Origin: a virus | DNA length: 64,000 nucleotides | Strand: one strand, 5' to 3' | Virus record (IMG/VR): IMGVR_UViG_3300045988_140118 | In this document: positions 50,914 through 60,986 of the stretch, piece after piece | Layout of the letters: each line of letters starts with the position of its first letter | How positions within the stretch are numbered: position 1 is the first letter of the stretch | Notes under the pieces: generated by a model | Told to the model about the DNA's origin: nothing | Database searches by the model: none | Seen by the model: only the letters and a program-made list of their open reading frames with translations | Position numbers and translations under genes: made by a program

Positions 50914-52566
50914 ATGCCAAAACTAAGGAAGAAAACTCCTGATGAAGAAGGGTATGTATTTCCCGCTACTGGTAAGAGTATAGATGATATACATACTGAA
51001 GACATTGCCGGAAAATCTATCTCTTTTGATGCCCACGAGATTACAGGTAAGATTATCGAGTTCGGGAAAGTCCTTACAGGAATCTCTTTGTACAAGTATC
51101 AAGAAGACATAGCTTATGGAATTATATATTCCGTCATTACTTTTTCCGGAGATGTAAAGACTGTGCTTCTTTCCAGACAGTCCGGTAAGTCTGAGGTAAT
51201 GGCATTTGTAATTGATACACTTACCGTTCTAATGCCGGCACTTGCAAATATTATCCCTGAGTTCGAACAATTCCAGACCGGATTTCGAATAGGACTGTTT
51301 GCTCCACAAAGTGATCAGGTAGAAACTACTTATTCCAGAGCACTTGCCAGAATTAATTCCGCTAATGCGGAAATGGTTTTAGATGACCCTGATATTGGTG
51401 TTTCTTTGGAAAGTGCCGTTCGTTTGCAATTAAGCAACGGTTCTTTTCTTGCCGGACAAACTGCCAGTAAACAATCTAAGATCGAGTCTAAAACTTATGA
51501 CCTAGTAATTGTTGAAGAGGCTCAGGACGTTGATGACTTTATTGTCAGCAAGTCCATAGAACCTATGCTTTCTTCTACTGCCGGAACTCTTATTAAAGTA
51601 GGTACTACTGGTATGACTAAGAATCACTTTTACTACGAGATTCAACATAACCGAAACAGTGACCGAAAACTAAAAGATCCCAGAGTACGGAATCATTTTG
51701 AGTATGACTATAAAAAGATTATTCAAGACCGTAAAAAGCAATATGATTTAGACCACAAACGTTTCCACCTTAATTACGAGGCGGATGTTTTGCGTAAAAA
51801 AGCTCGTTGGGGAGAAGACTCTCAGGCATTTAAACTTGCTTATGCGTTGATATGGGACTTGGAAAGCGGTATGCTTATTACCGATAAAGAGTATAATAAA
51901 CTTCTTAACCGTAAATTAGGCTATCAAGATCCTACCGAAAGAGACTTGGTAGTTGCTGGTCTGGATATTGCTAAAAGTCCTGCCAGCACTGTCTTGACTA
52001 TCGGAAAAGTTATCCCAAACGAAGATCCTTTTGAAAGAAAGAAAAAACAAATTCTTGCGTGGGTTGACCTGAAAGGACTTGACTATGAAGCTCAACACCG
52101 TGTTATCATGGATTGTATTGTCGATTTCAATATTTCTATTATCTTTGCGGATTATACAGGTGTCGGTAAGCCAGTAGTAGACCGTCTATCATTTGCTTGC
52201 GGAGAATATGTATCGGTTGTTCCGTACACATTTACTTCTCAGAGTAAATCGGATATGTGGTATAACTTCATTAACGAGATTCAGACGCAAAGTTTGATTA
52301 TCCCGGCTAATAAAACAGTTCGTGAATCTGAGGAATATAAATGCTTCGAGGAACAGATTAAAAACTGCCAAAAATATTATAACGGCTCTTACTTAGTCTG
52401 TGAAAAGTCGGAGGGATTTTTTGATGACTATGTAGATAGTACAGCTCTTATGTGTTTGGCGGGTAATGACGAACCGGAGATTGAAGACGAGATGGAGGTA
52501 ACTGACAATCCGTTGTACTCGAATATCTCAGATACAATTAATGCACTTAGAAGATACTCTTTTTAA
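50914..52566 (+). CDS. terL: terminase large subunit
   Basis: Walker A-like LSRQSGKSE and Walker B DLVIVEEAQ; 550 aa, upstream of the portal. Confidence 0.85.
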   Translation: MPKLRKKTPDEEGYVFPATGKSIDDIHTEDIAGKSISFDAHEITGKIIEFGKVLTGISLYKYQEDIAYGIIYSVITFSGDVKTVLLSRQSGKSEVMAFVIDTLTVLMPALANIIPEFEQFQTGFRIGLFAPQSDQVETTYSRALARINSANAEMVLDDPDIGVSLESAVRLQLSNGSFLAGQTASKQSKIESKTYDLVIVEEAQDVDDFIVSKSIEPMLSSTAGTLIKVGTTGMTKNHFYYEIQHNRNSDRKLKDPRVRNHFEYDYKKIIQDRKKQYDLDHKRFHLNYEADVLRKKARWGEDSQAFKLAYALIWDLESGMLITDKEYNKLLNRKLGYQDPTERDLVVAGLDIAKSPASTVLTIGKVIPNEDPFERKKKQILAWVDLKGLDYEAQHRVIMDCIVDFNISIIFADYTGVGKPVVDRLSFACGEYVSVVPYTFTSQSKSDMWYNFINEIQTQSLIIPANKTVRESEEYKCFEEQIKNCQKYYNGSYLVCEKSEGFFDDYVDSTALMCLAGNDEPEIEDEMEVTDNPLYSNISDTINALRRYSF

Positions 52567-52575
52567 AATTACGAT

Positions 52576-54171
52576 ATGGGAATAGGTACTATGAATCCTT
52601 CAGGACCCGGTAGCTATAACGGCTATCCCGGTTCCGATTATTGGGCTGTAGACAGTCGGCCACTTAGCGAAGCTACAAATGTGCTTCGTTCTTTTGTTAC
52701 GCAGAATATCGTTCAAGATAACCAATGGGAAATAGATCGGTTGACCCGGTATTATTTGTTCTGGAAATTTTATGATGGACTTCATTACAAAGACTTTAAT
52801 GATGGGATGCTCTCTTTTAACTATATTCGAGCATTTATTGATAAAGTAAATATGTTCCTGTTGGGAGATGAAGCATTTACCTTTCATGTGAAAAGTTTCT
52901 ATTCTACACAGATAGATAACGAGCTTGAAAAAAATGCCGAGGAACTAATGATGTATCATTGGGGAAAGTCTAAGAAGGTTTCTCTCGCCTACGAGATGTT
53001 ACAAATGGGGGGAATTACAGGTGATTGTTGGTTAGGGGTTGACTGGATGCCTGATGACCTTGACAGATATTGTAAGATAAGTGTTTACGATAGCCGCCAG
53101 GTATTCCCCCATTTTAAAGGGGGAGACTTTAACAACATGGATGCTTTGCTGATTCGTATTCCTCTAGATGTGAAAGGAAATGCCCAACCTTACCGTTTGT
53201 ATGTAATCAGATGGACTCCCAAAAATATGGAGACGTGGTATCAGAAAGACGTTTCTATTGATGAAGATTCCGTAGTTAAGTATGACTATACGAAAACTAA
53301 AAATGTATATGGATTTATTCCGATCGTACACATTAAAAATAAACCTAATTCTTCCGGATTTTACGGTAAATCTGATGCAAACGATATATTGAAAATAAAC
53401 AAAGTATATAACGAATTAATTCAGCAAGTAAAGGCTGTCATTGATTATCATGTAACACCTACGACCGTAATTACTGGAGCTTCTGCTAAATCACTGAAAA
53501 AAGGACTTGGACAAATATGGTCAGGACTTCCTGCCGAAGCCAATGTGTTTAATTTAGGTCTTGATGTGGATCTATCTGCTACAGTTAATTTTATCAAAGA
53601 CTTAAAAACCGCTATGCACGAACTATCTGATGTTCCGGAAAACGCATTAGGTAAAATTCAAGCAATAAGCAATACTTCCGCAGCCGCTTTGCAGATTACT
53701 TATCATCCGCTATTACAGCAAGCGAATATAAAAGCTATGACTTATGGTGAAGGAATTGCCGAAGTAAACCGGATGATCTTTAGGATTCTTGATACGGTAG
53801 ATCCTGAAAACGAACGTCTAGTTAAAATTAAACAACTAAACCCCAATTTTCTTTCTGAGATGTTGGTAGAACCCGTTTTCGCTTATGGTTTCCCGAAAGA
53901 TAAGATGGATGAATTGCAACGTGCCCAGTTGGAACTTAATATGAAATTAGGTAGCAGACGTGAGATTATGGAACGTATGGGTAAACAGAACATTCCTGAA
54001 CTTTTGCAGGAGATTGATGACGATACTGTACAACAAGCCCTGTTACAAGTAGAGATTAATGAAATGGTTGCTGGCGGAAATCCTGAAGAATCTACAGAAG
54101 CACCTTCTCTTGAAACAGAAGATATTTCTGGAAATGAAGAATCTGTTAGCAGTGGTGAAATGACAGAATAA
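52576..54171 (+). CDS. portal protein
   Basis: 531 aa immediately after TerL, with an acidic C-terminus. Called from position and size. Confidence 0.7.
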   Translation: MGIGTMNPSGPGSYNGYPGSDYWAVDSRPLSEATNVLRSFVTQNIVQDNQWEIDRLTRYYLFWKFYDGLHYKDFNDGMLSFNYIRAFIDKVNMFLLGDEAFTFHVKSFYSTQIDNELEKNAEELMMYHWGKSKKVSLAYEMLQMGGITGDCWLGVDWMPDDLDRYCKISVYDSRQVFPHFKGGDFNNMDALLIRIPLDVKGNAQPYRLYVIRWTPKNMETWYQKDVSIDEDSVVKYDYTKTKNVYGFIPIVHIKNKPNSSGFYGKSDANDILKINKVYNELIQQVKAVIDYHVTPTTVITGASAKSLKKGLGQIWSGLPAEANVFNLGLDVDLSATVNFIKDLKTAMHELSDVPENALGKIQAISNTSAAALQITYHPLLQQANIKAMTYGEGIAEVNRMIFRILDTVDPENERLVKIKQLNPNFLSEMLVEPVFAYGFPKDKMDELQRAQLELNMKLGSRREIMERMGKQNIPELLQEIDDDTVQQALLQVEINEMVAGGNPEESTEAPSLETEDISGNEESVSSGEMTE

Positions 54172-54191
54172 CCTAAATTTTTGCGTTATAT

Positions 54192-54222
54192 TTTGTTATT
54201 TAGAAATAAAGGTGTATTTTTG
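54192..54222 (+). promoter_or_regulatory. Bacteroidota-type promoter, TTTG-N19-TATTTTTG
   Basis: Exact consensus match, upstream of the head genes. Confidence 0.55.
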
Positions 54223-54266
54223 AACCGCTATCAGTAATTAAATGTTTCACTAAAAATTTTAAAATC

Positions 54267-54464
54267 ATGGCTGGATTACAGACATTAGATCCCAAAGACC
54301 CGGAAGCATTGCACGATATAGGGCAGAGCAAGGGTATGAAAGTTAGCGAAAAATTCGTTAACCCCGGTACACCGGATTCACCGTTGGTTAGTAGAGAACA
54401 GATGACGCAGGCTACCATTAAAGGTAATGGCGCTGAAGTTATGAAGGCTAACCTTATTAAGTAA
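54267..54464 (+). CDS. small head-module protein
   Basis: ORF between the portal and scaffold genes. Confidence 0.5.
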   Translation: MAGLQTLDPKDPEALHDIGQSKGMKVSEKFVNPGTPDSPLVSREQMTQATIKGNGAEVMKANLIK

Positions 54465-54502
54465 CTATTCCCAATTTGTAAAACTTCTAATCGTAGAATA
54501 AA

Positions 54503-55219
54503 ATGGATCATACCGAAGAAACAACAGTAACTATCCCAGAAAGTATTACAATCGGCGGAATCTCTTATGTAGTTAGAGACACTCCGGAATTGCTTAAGTT
54601 CATGCAAGCCGTTGCTAAAGTTGAGAAAAACAAGATGTACACGCAGTTCGAACTTTTGCGGAAACAAATCAACCAGTTATCAAAGACTCCTGTATCTACT
54701 ACCCCTTTGGATGCAACATCATTGATAGCCGAGTTGAAAGAATCTTTTGTAACCAAAGAAGATTTGGCGAACACAGTAAAAGAAGCGTTGCAGCCGGTTA
54801 TTTCTTACAATCAGCAAACGCAGCAGGAAACTCTTGAAACATTCCGGGAGAAACTACTTAAAGAAAATGACGGAAAATGTATTCCTGAACTGGTCACTGG
54901 AAACAGCAAAGAGGAACTTCTTCAATCCCTTGAAAAATCAAAAGAGCTTTATTCGAAGTATGGTGGAGGTCCGGTTGGTCGCCCGCAAGACGCTAGTCCT
55001 GTAGTAGATCCTACTTTGGCACGCCAAGCTGCTAATCTCGCTCCTGAAGATATTGCTCCCAGATATATTCCTCCTGTTCCTGCTCCGGCACCTAGAGTTT
55101 CTGCTCCCGAATTTACAGGACAATCTGGACTTGAAAATATCAAGAGCCTCTCTCCTGAAGAGTTCGCTGCCAAACGTGCCGAACTTGAAAATACACTTAA
55201 ACAGTTGTATGGAAACTAA
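54503..55219 (+). CDS. putative scaffolding protein
   Basis: Coiled-coil-rich with a Pro/Ala-rich tail; directly upstream of the capsid gene. Confidence 0.5.
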   Translation: MDHTEETTVTIPESITIGGISYVVRDTPELLKFMQAVAKVEKNKMYTQFELLRKQINQLSKTPVSTTPLDATSLIAELKESFVTKEDLANTVKEALQPVISYNQQTQQETLETFREKLLKENDGKCIPELVTGNSKEELLQSLEKSKELYSKYGGGPVGRPQDASPVVDPTLARQAANLAPEDIAPRYIPPVPAPAPRVSAPEFTGQSGLENIKSLSPEEFAAKRAELENTLKQLYGN

Positions 55220-55261
55220 TTTCGTCCTACCCATTAAATAACTAAAAACAAGAAAAAGAAG

Positions 55262-56263
55262 ATGATTACATTGTTGACATTCTTACTGGCTACGTTAGGT
55301 AGCATAGTAGTAGGATTTGCTTTCGGTGAGACTACTGCTGCTGGTGCTAATACTGGTGGCTATACAGCTATACCACAAGCAGTCCGTGACTTTTATTCAC
55401 GTGAGGTTATGTTTAAAGCACAGCCTCGTTTGCGTTTTTTGCAGTTTGCTAAAATAAAACGAGACTTACAGGCCGTTCGTGGAAAATCTATTGTATTTGT
55501 TAAATACGGAAACCTTGAAGGTGGTGGTTCTTTGGAGGAAAGTGATGTGCTGACTCCGGAAGGTATGACTACTTCTGAAATTAGTATCCCGGTTAAAGAA
55601 CAGGGAAATGCTGTTCAGGTTACTGAATACCTTTTGAGAACTTCTATTTTGGATGTGTTGGGTGATGCTTCAAAACTATTGGCTAATAACGTTGCTAAGG
55701 TATTGGATACTCAGTTCCGTGATACTGTTTTGAAAACACCTAATACTGTATATGGAGGTACTGCTACACAATTATCGGAACTTTCTACAAGCAATGGTGC
55801 GTTTACTACAAAAACAGTAAAAGATGCCGTTGAAATTTTGGCTACTCACAATGCACCGAGAATTGCAGGTGACTACTACGTTTGTGTCGCTCACCCCCAT
55901 CAATTGAGACAGTTGCGTGACGATAAGGAATGGATTAATGCCAATACTTATATGGGACGTAGACAGTTGTATATCGGTGAAGTAGGTATGTACGAAGGAA
56001 CTATCTTTATTGAAACTACTCAGATGCCTATGCTTAACGCTGCGGGAATTAAAGCTAAGTATGGTTCCGGGGCTACTGTAGATACTGCTTATGAAGCCGT
56101 GTTCTTCGGAGACAACGCTTATGGTTGGGGAGTTGCTTTGGACGTAGAACTTCGTGATGACGGTGTGGTAGAACTTGGACGTAAACATACTCTTGGCTGG
56201 TATGGTATTTGGGGAACCGGCATTATCGAGGAGAATAACATTGTAAAAGCTCTCACTGTATAA
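55262..56263 (+). CDS. major capsid protein (HK97-fold type)
   Basis: 333 aa; position after portal and scaffold; YSREVMFKAQPRLRFLQFA is capsid-like from memory. Confidence 0.65.
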   Translation: MITLLTFLLATLGSIVVGFAFGETTAAGANTGGYTAIPQAVRDFYSREVMFKAQPRLRFLQFAKIKRDLQAVRGKSIVFVKYGNLEGGGSLEESDVLTPEGMTTSEISIPVKEQGNAVQVTEYLLRTSILDVLGDASKLLANNVAKVLDTQFRDTVLKTPNTVYGGTATQLSELSTSNGAFTTKTVKDAVEILATHNAPRIAGDYYVCVAHPHQLRQLRDDKEWINANTYMGRRQLYIGEVGMYEGTIFIETTQMPMLNAAGIKAKYGSGATVDTAYEAVFFGDNAYGWGVALDVELRDDGVVELGRKHTLGWYGIWGTGIIEENNIVKALTV

Positions 56264-56299
56264 GGTGAGAGTATTTCTTTAACGCTTAAAATTTGCATT

Positions 56300-56560
56300 A
56301 TGGCTAGACAAAAAATTGAAGACCCAGATTTGTTACAACCGGATCTGAACGAGGAAAAAAATGAAGAAGGAGTCGAAAAGCAACCGGTAAAAGATGCTAC
56401 TGTACAAGAAAAACAGAGAAAGGTTTCTTGTAGAGTTGTTGATGACGTTAATGTATTTATCGGTAGCAGACATATTGTATGCAAGAAAGATTCTAATGTG
56501 AGTCTTGATTCAGACGTAGCTGCTATCTTGTCACACGCTGGAAAACTATATAGACTTTAA
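56300..56560 (+). CDS. hypothetical head-associated protein
   Basis: Packed ORF after the capsid gene. Confidence 0.5.
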   Translation: MARQKIEDPDLLQPDLNEEKNEEGVEKQPVKDATVQEKQRKVSCRVVDDVNVFIGSRHIVCKKDSNVSLDSDVAAILSHAGKLYRL

Positions 56561-56564
56561 ATAA

Positions 56565-57539
56565 ATGGCACAGTCCAAGGTAACTTTGAAAGAGATAATG
56601 GTAGCGGTCCGGGAGTTAACTTTCGACCGCTTCATTATTCCGGCATTTGCAATAAAACAGATGGGGAAGGATGTTTATATTGATATTGATCCTTCTTTTA
56701 AACCTGTTAGTGAGGAACCCGTAGAACCTGGAAGATTAAGAATCTTCAAAAAAGAAACCTCCATTGACCCCGATACGGAAACTGAAGAAATAATTGAAAA
56801 ACCTATCGTAGAATTATTGTTTGCTGACTATCCAGAAGTAGACGATATATTGAATCAGCTAATAGATCAAGGAATCGTAATTGCGTATACTCCGTATTAT
56901 CGTAGCGAAGAACCCTCCACCAGCCTTATAAAAACTACTTTCGAACTTACTGAAGATCGTACTATTTTCAGACGCTATTTTTTTGCGGACGAAGAAATTA
57001 TAGATGTTATTCAATGGTACTATTATACCGTACTTAGAATACCCAATGCAGAAATTAATGATGAACTGGTTGGCCTTTTAAAACGTCCCTCTGAGAGACA
57101 TCTCTCCGTTTGGGTAGCTTACCAGTTAGTTGATAAACGGCGTATGTATGAAGCTGCTGCCAATAGCATAGGACAGTCTTTTACTGATGGCTCTGACTAT
57201 ACCGGCTCTTCCGGCAGTTCCTCTCCTACATCTACAACGGTACAAATTGGCTCCGTTTTTTCTATCACGGAGGATGCACAACAAGGTTATTTTTACGAGG
57301 ATTTCAATCGTGTGGGTTCTGACAATACATGGGGTGACAGATATTCTTTTTGGTATAAGCTTATGCTTTACCTAAGAAACATTCTTGAAGAACATTTTGG
57401 AGATTACCGCTTGCGTAAAGACAATGTGATTCCCGGATATATTTCTTTGCAAAGGGAACTTGACTTTAGAGAATATTTCGACAGCTATCCGTTTACTCTA
57501 TCCCCACTGTCCCGTGGAATCTTATCTAAAACACCCTAA
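56565..57539 (+). CDS. hypothetical structural protein
   Basis: 324-aa ORF in the morphogenesis module. Confidence 0.55.
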   Translation: MAQSKVTLKEIMVAVRELTFDRFIIPAFAIKQMGKDVYIDIDPSFKPVSEEPVEPGRLRIFKKETSIDPDTETEEIIEKPIVELLFADYPEVDDILNQLIDQGIVIAYTPYYRSEEPSTSLIKTTFELTEDRTIFRRYFFADEEIIDVIQWYYYTVLRIPNAEINDELVGLLKRPSERHLSVWVAYQLVDKRRMYEAAANSIGQSFTDGSDYTGSSGSSSPTSTTVQIGSVFSITEDAQQGYFYEDFNRVGSDNTWGDRYSFWYKLMLYLRNILEEHFGDYRLRKDNVIPGYISLQRELDFREYFDSYPFTLSPLSRGILSKTP

Positions 57540-57542
57540 AAT

Positions 57543-57995
57543 ATGGAAATACAAGTAAAGTCCTATCAGAGAAGGACAAAATCTGGAAAGCTTATCACTG
57601 TAAAACCCTACTCCCGTAAAGGTGATAAAAAAGCTAAAGTAACCGGACAAAAAGTTCGCGGAAATGAACTAGTGTCTATGAAGCTAGAGAATTACGTTAA
57701 TAATCTTGGTCCGGACGATTTTAAGGAACTGGTTGATACTCTGGAAGAGTACGCTGATACTACTTTGTGGAGTAAAACAGGAACCGTCAAAAGACAGAAT
57801 GTTATAAATCTTATCAGAGAAGAGGCAGCTCACTCAGGAGAAGGTCCTAATAGGAATCCTATGGATTTTGTTGTTAAATCTCTTATGAAAGGTAAAGCGA
57901 AAACCCCCTTAACCTCTAAACAAGCTGATAAGAGATATGCGTTTTATGACGATAAGACCCTTAAAAAAGTACGTAATAGAGTAAGAAGCACTTAA
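57543..57995 (+). CDS. basic double-heptad N-terminal module protein (paralog C)
   Basis: VKSYQRRTKSGKLITVKPYSRK. Confidence 0.6.
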   Translation: MEIQVKSYQRRTKSGKLITVKPYSRKGDKKAKVTGQKVRGNELVSMKLENYVNNLGPDDFKELVDTLEEYADTTLWSKTGTVKRQNVINLIREEAAHSGEGPNRNPMDFVVKSLMKGKAKTPLTSKQADKRYAFYDDKTLKKVRNRVRST

Positions 57996-57996
57996 T

Positions 57997-58434
57997 ATGT
58001 TAGTAGATAAAGCAAGATTTTTGTCCTACCAGAACTTGTTTTATAGGAAGCTGCAACAGACTCCTTATAAAATTCAGCTTGAAGTGGTTACTGTGCAGAG
58101 AGTGGAACCTACTGAAGACTTTTCTTTTGATGCTTTCGTAGGAGACAGTCCGAGAGAATCTACGTTTTATAGTTTTCAAGCTCTTTACGAAAAGGAGATT
58201 CCAAACCGCACCCGTGAGAAATACGGCCTTCCTAAAGAAGTAAACGGGGTTGTTTATCTCTCCCCTTTACAATTAGTACCCAAATTAGGTGACTACCATC
58301 TGAACTGGAATAAGACGAAAGTACATTTTGAAGGAAGAGTACAAGTAGTTGATAAAATAGTCTACCTTGAAGAATTATACGGAAGCTGTGTAGGCTTACA
58401 GATATTTATCAAGGATGATTTAAAAGGAGGTTAA
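57997..58434 (+). CDS. hypothetical structural protein
   Basis: Packed ORF. Confidence 0.55.
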   Translation: MLVDKARFLSYQNLFYRKLQQTPYKIQLEVVTVQRVEPTEDFSFDAFVGDSPRESTFYSFQALYEKEIPNRTREKYGLPKEVNGVVYLSPLQLVPKLGDYHLNWNKTKVHFEGRVQVVDKIVYLEELYGSCVGLQIFIKDDLKGG

Positions 58435-58436
58435 CT

Positions 58437-58745
58437 ATGACAAAAGTAAAGACACATAAGCGTAAAGGAAAGAATAAGGTTTCCGTTGTTAAGCAGCACA
58501 ATCGTAAAGATAAGGTGTCTGCTTTTCGTGGTGCTAAAGAGTTCTCTGAAAAACAACGAGATAAACTTTCTTCCAAAGGAGAAGCATTACCTGATGGTTC
58601 TTACCCAATCGCCAGTAAACGGGATTTGGCAAACGCTATTTCTTCTTACGGACGTGCTAAGAATCCTGAGATTGTTAAACGATGGATCAAGAAACGTGCT
58701 AAAGCTCTTGGTGCTTGTGACATGATCCCTGCAAACTGGAAGTAA
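58437..58745 (+). CDS. basic double-heptad N-terminal module protein (paralog D)
   Basis: VKTHKRKGKNKVSVVKQHNRK; the C-terminal part has LPDGSYPI...AISSYGRAKNP. Confidence 0.6.
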   Translation: MTKVKTHKRKGKNKVSVVKQHNRKDKVSAFRGAKEFSEKQRDKLSSKGEALPDGSYPIASKRDLANAISSYGRAKNPEIVKRWIKKRAKALGACDMIPANWK

Positions 58746-58747
58746 GT

Positions 58748-58990
58748 ATGGCTACTAACCAAAAAGATATTGATCATATTAATGCGCATAAGAATTTGGA
58801 CGTTCAAACTAGTGTGATTCCTCGTTATCCTGAGATAGAGAAAATTGTTCGGTACGAACGTACTCCGGAACACTATCGTGAAGAGAACGAGGTTGCCGCT
58901 TATGCCGCTATGGGAAGACCTAATGCCAATACCAATACTAAGAGTTGGTATCGGGATATTTATGAATTTTATCAGAACAATGAATACTAA
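58748..58990 (+). CDS. hypothetical protein
   Basis: Packed ORF. Confidence 0.5.
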   Translation: MATNQKDIDHINAHKNLDVQTSVIPRYPEIEKIVRYERTPEHYREENEVAAYAAMGRPNANTNTKSWYRDIYEFYQNNEY

Positions 58991-59021
58991 GATCTATTTT
59001 ATTAACTAAAAACAAATTGTT

Positions 59022-59135
59022 ATGCCTACAAAATCTAAAAAGACAAAAGAGGAAAATCCACCTGTAAACCCCAAAGGTACTAAAAAAGATCCTCCTATTG
59101 GAACTGGAGTAAATGGACCCGTAATAAAGAGATGA
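59022..59135 (+). CDS. 37-aa Lys/Pro-rich peptide
   Basis: MPTKSKKTKEENPPVNPKGTKKDPPIGTGVNGPVIKR; shares IGTGVNGPV with 49426-50076; fills a gap. Confidence 0.4.
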   Translation: MPTKSKKTKEENPPVNPKGTKKDPPIGTGVNGPVIKR

Positions 59136-59136
59136 T

Positions 59137-59595
59137 ATGCGTAAATTCCCTAGATTACCAAAAGCCTTACTTAAAACACCTCCTGGCTTTAAAAAACCAA
59201 AGGTGTCTGACTTTAAGACTGACATGCAACATTTAGGGGAAGAAATTGCCGAAGATTTTAAAGAGACAGTAATTGCCAACATAGAGGAGAATAATTACAA
59301 TTTCGAAAATGCTCCTAGTACAGTAAAACAAAAAGGCAGTGATACCCCTCTGATAAATACTCAGGAATTAGTAGATTCTATCTATAGGGAAGGGACTGTT
59401 GTTTCAGTAGAGAATACTCCACGAGACGATAGTCCCTTAACTAATTTAGAGTTGGCTATGGTTCTTGAATATGGTACAAAGGATAGGCATATTCCTGCAC
59501 GTCCGGTCTGGAGAAATACATATCGTGACTTTAAAGAGGAAGCACGGGAAAAAGTTGAAGAGTTTTTTAAACTTCAAAAGTCTAAGAAGAAATGA
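59137..59595 (+). CDS. HK97 gp10-like neck/tail-completion protein
   Basis: EYGTKDRHIPARPVWRN resembles the gp10-family motif. Confidence 0.45.
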   Translation: MRKFPRLPKALLKTPPGFKKPKVSDFKTDMQHLGEEIAEDFKETVIANIEENNYNFENAPSTVKQKGSDTPLINTQELVDSIYREGTVVSVENTPRDDSPLTNLELAMVLEYGTKDRHIPARPVWRNTYRDFKEEAREKVEEFFKLQKSKKK

Positions 59596-60059
59596 CAGAG
59601 ATTACCATTAAAGGATATTCAAGAAGATCTCGTAAAGGGAACTTGGTCAAAGTAAACAGCTACAAACGGAGGGTAGGAAAGAAAGGAGTCATCTCTCCCA
59701 AAAAGACTTCTCCTGTCAAAGAAGCTGCTACTTCTACACCTACACCCGGTGCTGAGATAAAAACAAAACTTAGTCCTGAAGAACTTGCACGTAGACGTGC
59801 TTGGGATAAAGAGGCTAGAAGAGCCAGTATGTCTGCTTATGGCGGACGTGCCGAAACAAAAGAAGAGTGGCAGAGACGAGTCCAACGTGAAGAGGATGAT
59901 CGAAAATCTAACGAGATTCCCGGATATAAACCTAAACGGTCAACTCCCCCTGCTAGAGAGATTAAGAAAAAGAAAGCCGACATCTTTGCCCGCATTGAAG
60001 ACAAGATCGCTCGTTTTTCTGAAAAATACGGTAAGAAGAAATATAAACGCTATTTATAA
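59592..60059 (+). CDS. basic double-heptad N-terminal module protein (paralog E)
   Basis: IKGYSRRSRKGNLVKVNSYKRR. Confidence 0.6.
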   Translation: MTEITIKGYSRRSRKGNLVKVNSYKRRVGKKGVISPKKTSPVKEAATSTPTPGAEIKTKLSPEELARRRAWDKEARRASMSAYGGRAETKEEWQRRVQREEDDRKSNEIPGYKPKRSTPPAREIKKKKADIFARIEDKIARFSEKYGKKKYKRYL

Positions 60060-60373
60060 TGGATACTTTATTTATTAAACTATTTGAGATTTTCTCTCTC
60101 CCTTACATGTTTTCCGTAATTTGTGGAAGCTACTTTATCATTAAGATGGTTGACTTTCTAAACGGCGAGGCTAAAGTACCTTGTTGGTTGAAAAGAACGA
60201 TCACCTTTTTTGTTGGTGCTCTCCTTTTCGGTGTTTTCGTTGCGTATACCGATACTTCGTGCGAGTGCCTTATATCTTCTTACTTTTGCGCTGTATTTAC
60301 TTACGATGCGGCTATAAAAGTGCTGATTAAAAAATTTGGTATAGACTATAAAAAAGATGCTTCGGACGATTAA
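60059..60373 (+). CDS. three-helix membrane protein (holin-like topology)
   Basis: Three hydrophobic segments with a charged C-terminus. Confidence 0.45.
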   Translation: MDTLFIKLFEIFSLPYMFSVICGSYFIIKMVDFLNGEAKVPCWLKRTITFFVGALLFGVFVAYTDTSCECLISSYFCAVFTYDAAIKVLIKKFGIDYKKDASDD

Positions 60374-60947
60374 ACAAACCAATGAAGAATTTTTCCGTCT
60401 GTTTCACGGGTTGAAGATACCTATGGACGGTACGGAATTTCCTGTACTTTCCCGTTATGCCCGTAAATCTAGTAAGGACTATGTGGAGGAACAGGAAAAT
60501 CAGATATACCCATGTATCGCCATACAAGACTATATACCCGTTCCTAAGAAAGAATGGTTTATAGACATGAAATCTTATTTCGGAGGTAAGGACTTTCAAA
60601 ATCTAACCGGATACTTGTATCTAAGACCTATCTGGATGGAGTTTCGTTATGACGTAAGTATAGCTACCAAAAGCTATAAAGAGTATCTTGCCATGCAGGA
60701 CTATTTCAACAGAAAATTTGTGTACGGAAAAGCATTTATTTTTTGTAAGCAATTAGTAGTTGAGGATACTGTAGGCGTGGTAGTTCCTTACACGACCAGA
60801 CCACAAGATATACCTCGTACAGATGGAGTTTACGAAACCAATTACGAGTTTACGCTAAATGTTTGGTTATACGTTAAAGACCCCCAAGAAGTACAACTTA
60901 TTCAAAAAATTGTAGTAGATGCCCGTCCTCACCTATTGGATATTTAA
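60357..60947 (+). CDS. hypothetical structural protein
   Basis: Packed ORF. Confidence 0.55.
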   Translation: MLRTIKQTNEEFFRLFHGLKIPMDGTEFPVLSRYARKSSKDYVEEQENQIYPCIAIQDYIPVPKKEWFIDMKSYFGGKDFQNLTGYLYLRPIWMEFRYDVSIATKSYKEYLAMQDYFNRKFVYGKAFIFCKQLVVEDTVGVVVPYTTRPQDIPRTDGVYETNYEFTLNVWLYVKDPQEVQLIQKIVVDARPHLLDI

Positions 60948-60986
60948 AATAAAAGATTTATATTTGAACAACTAAAATAGACAACT

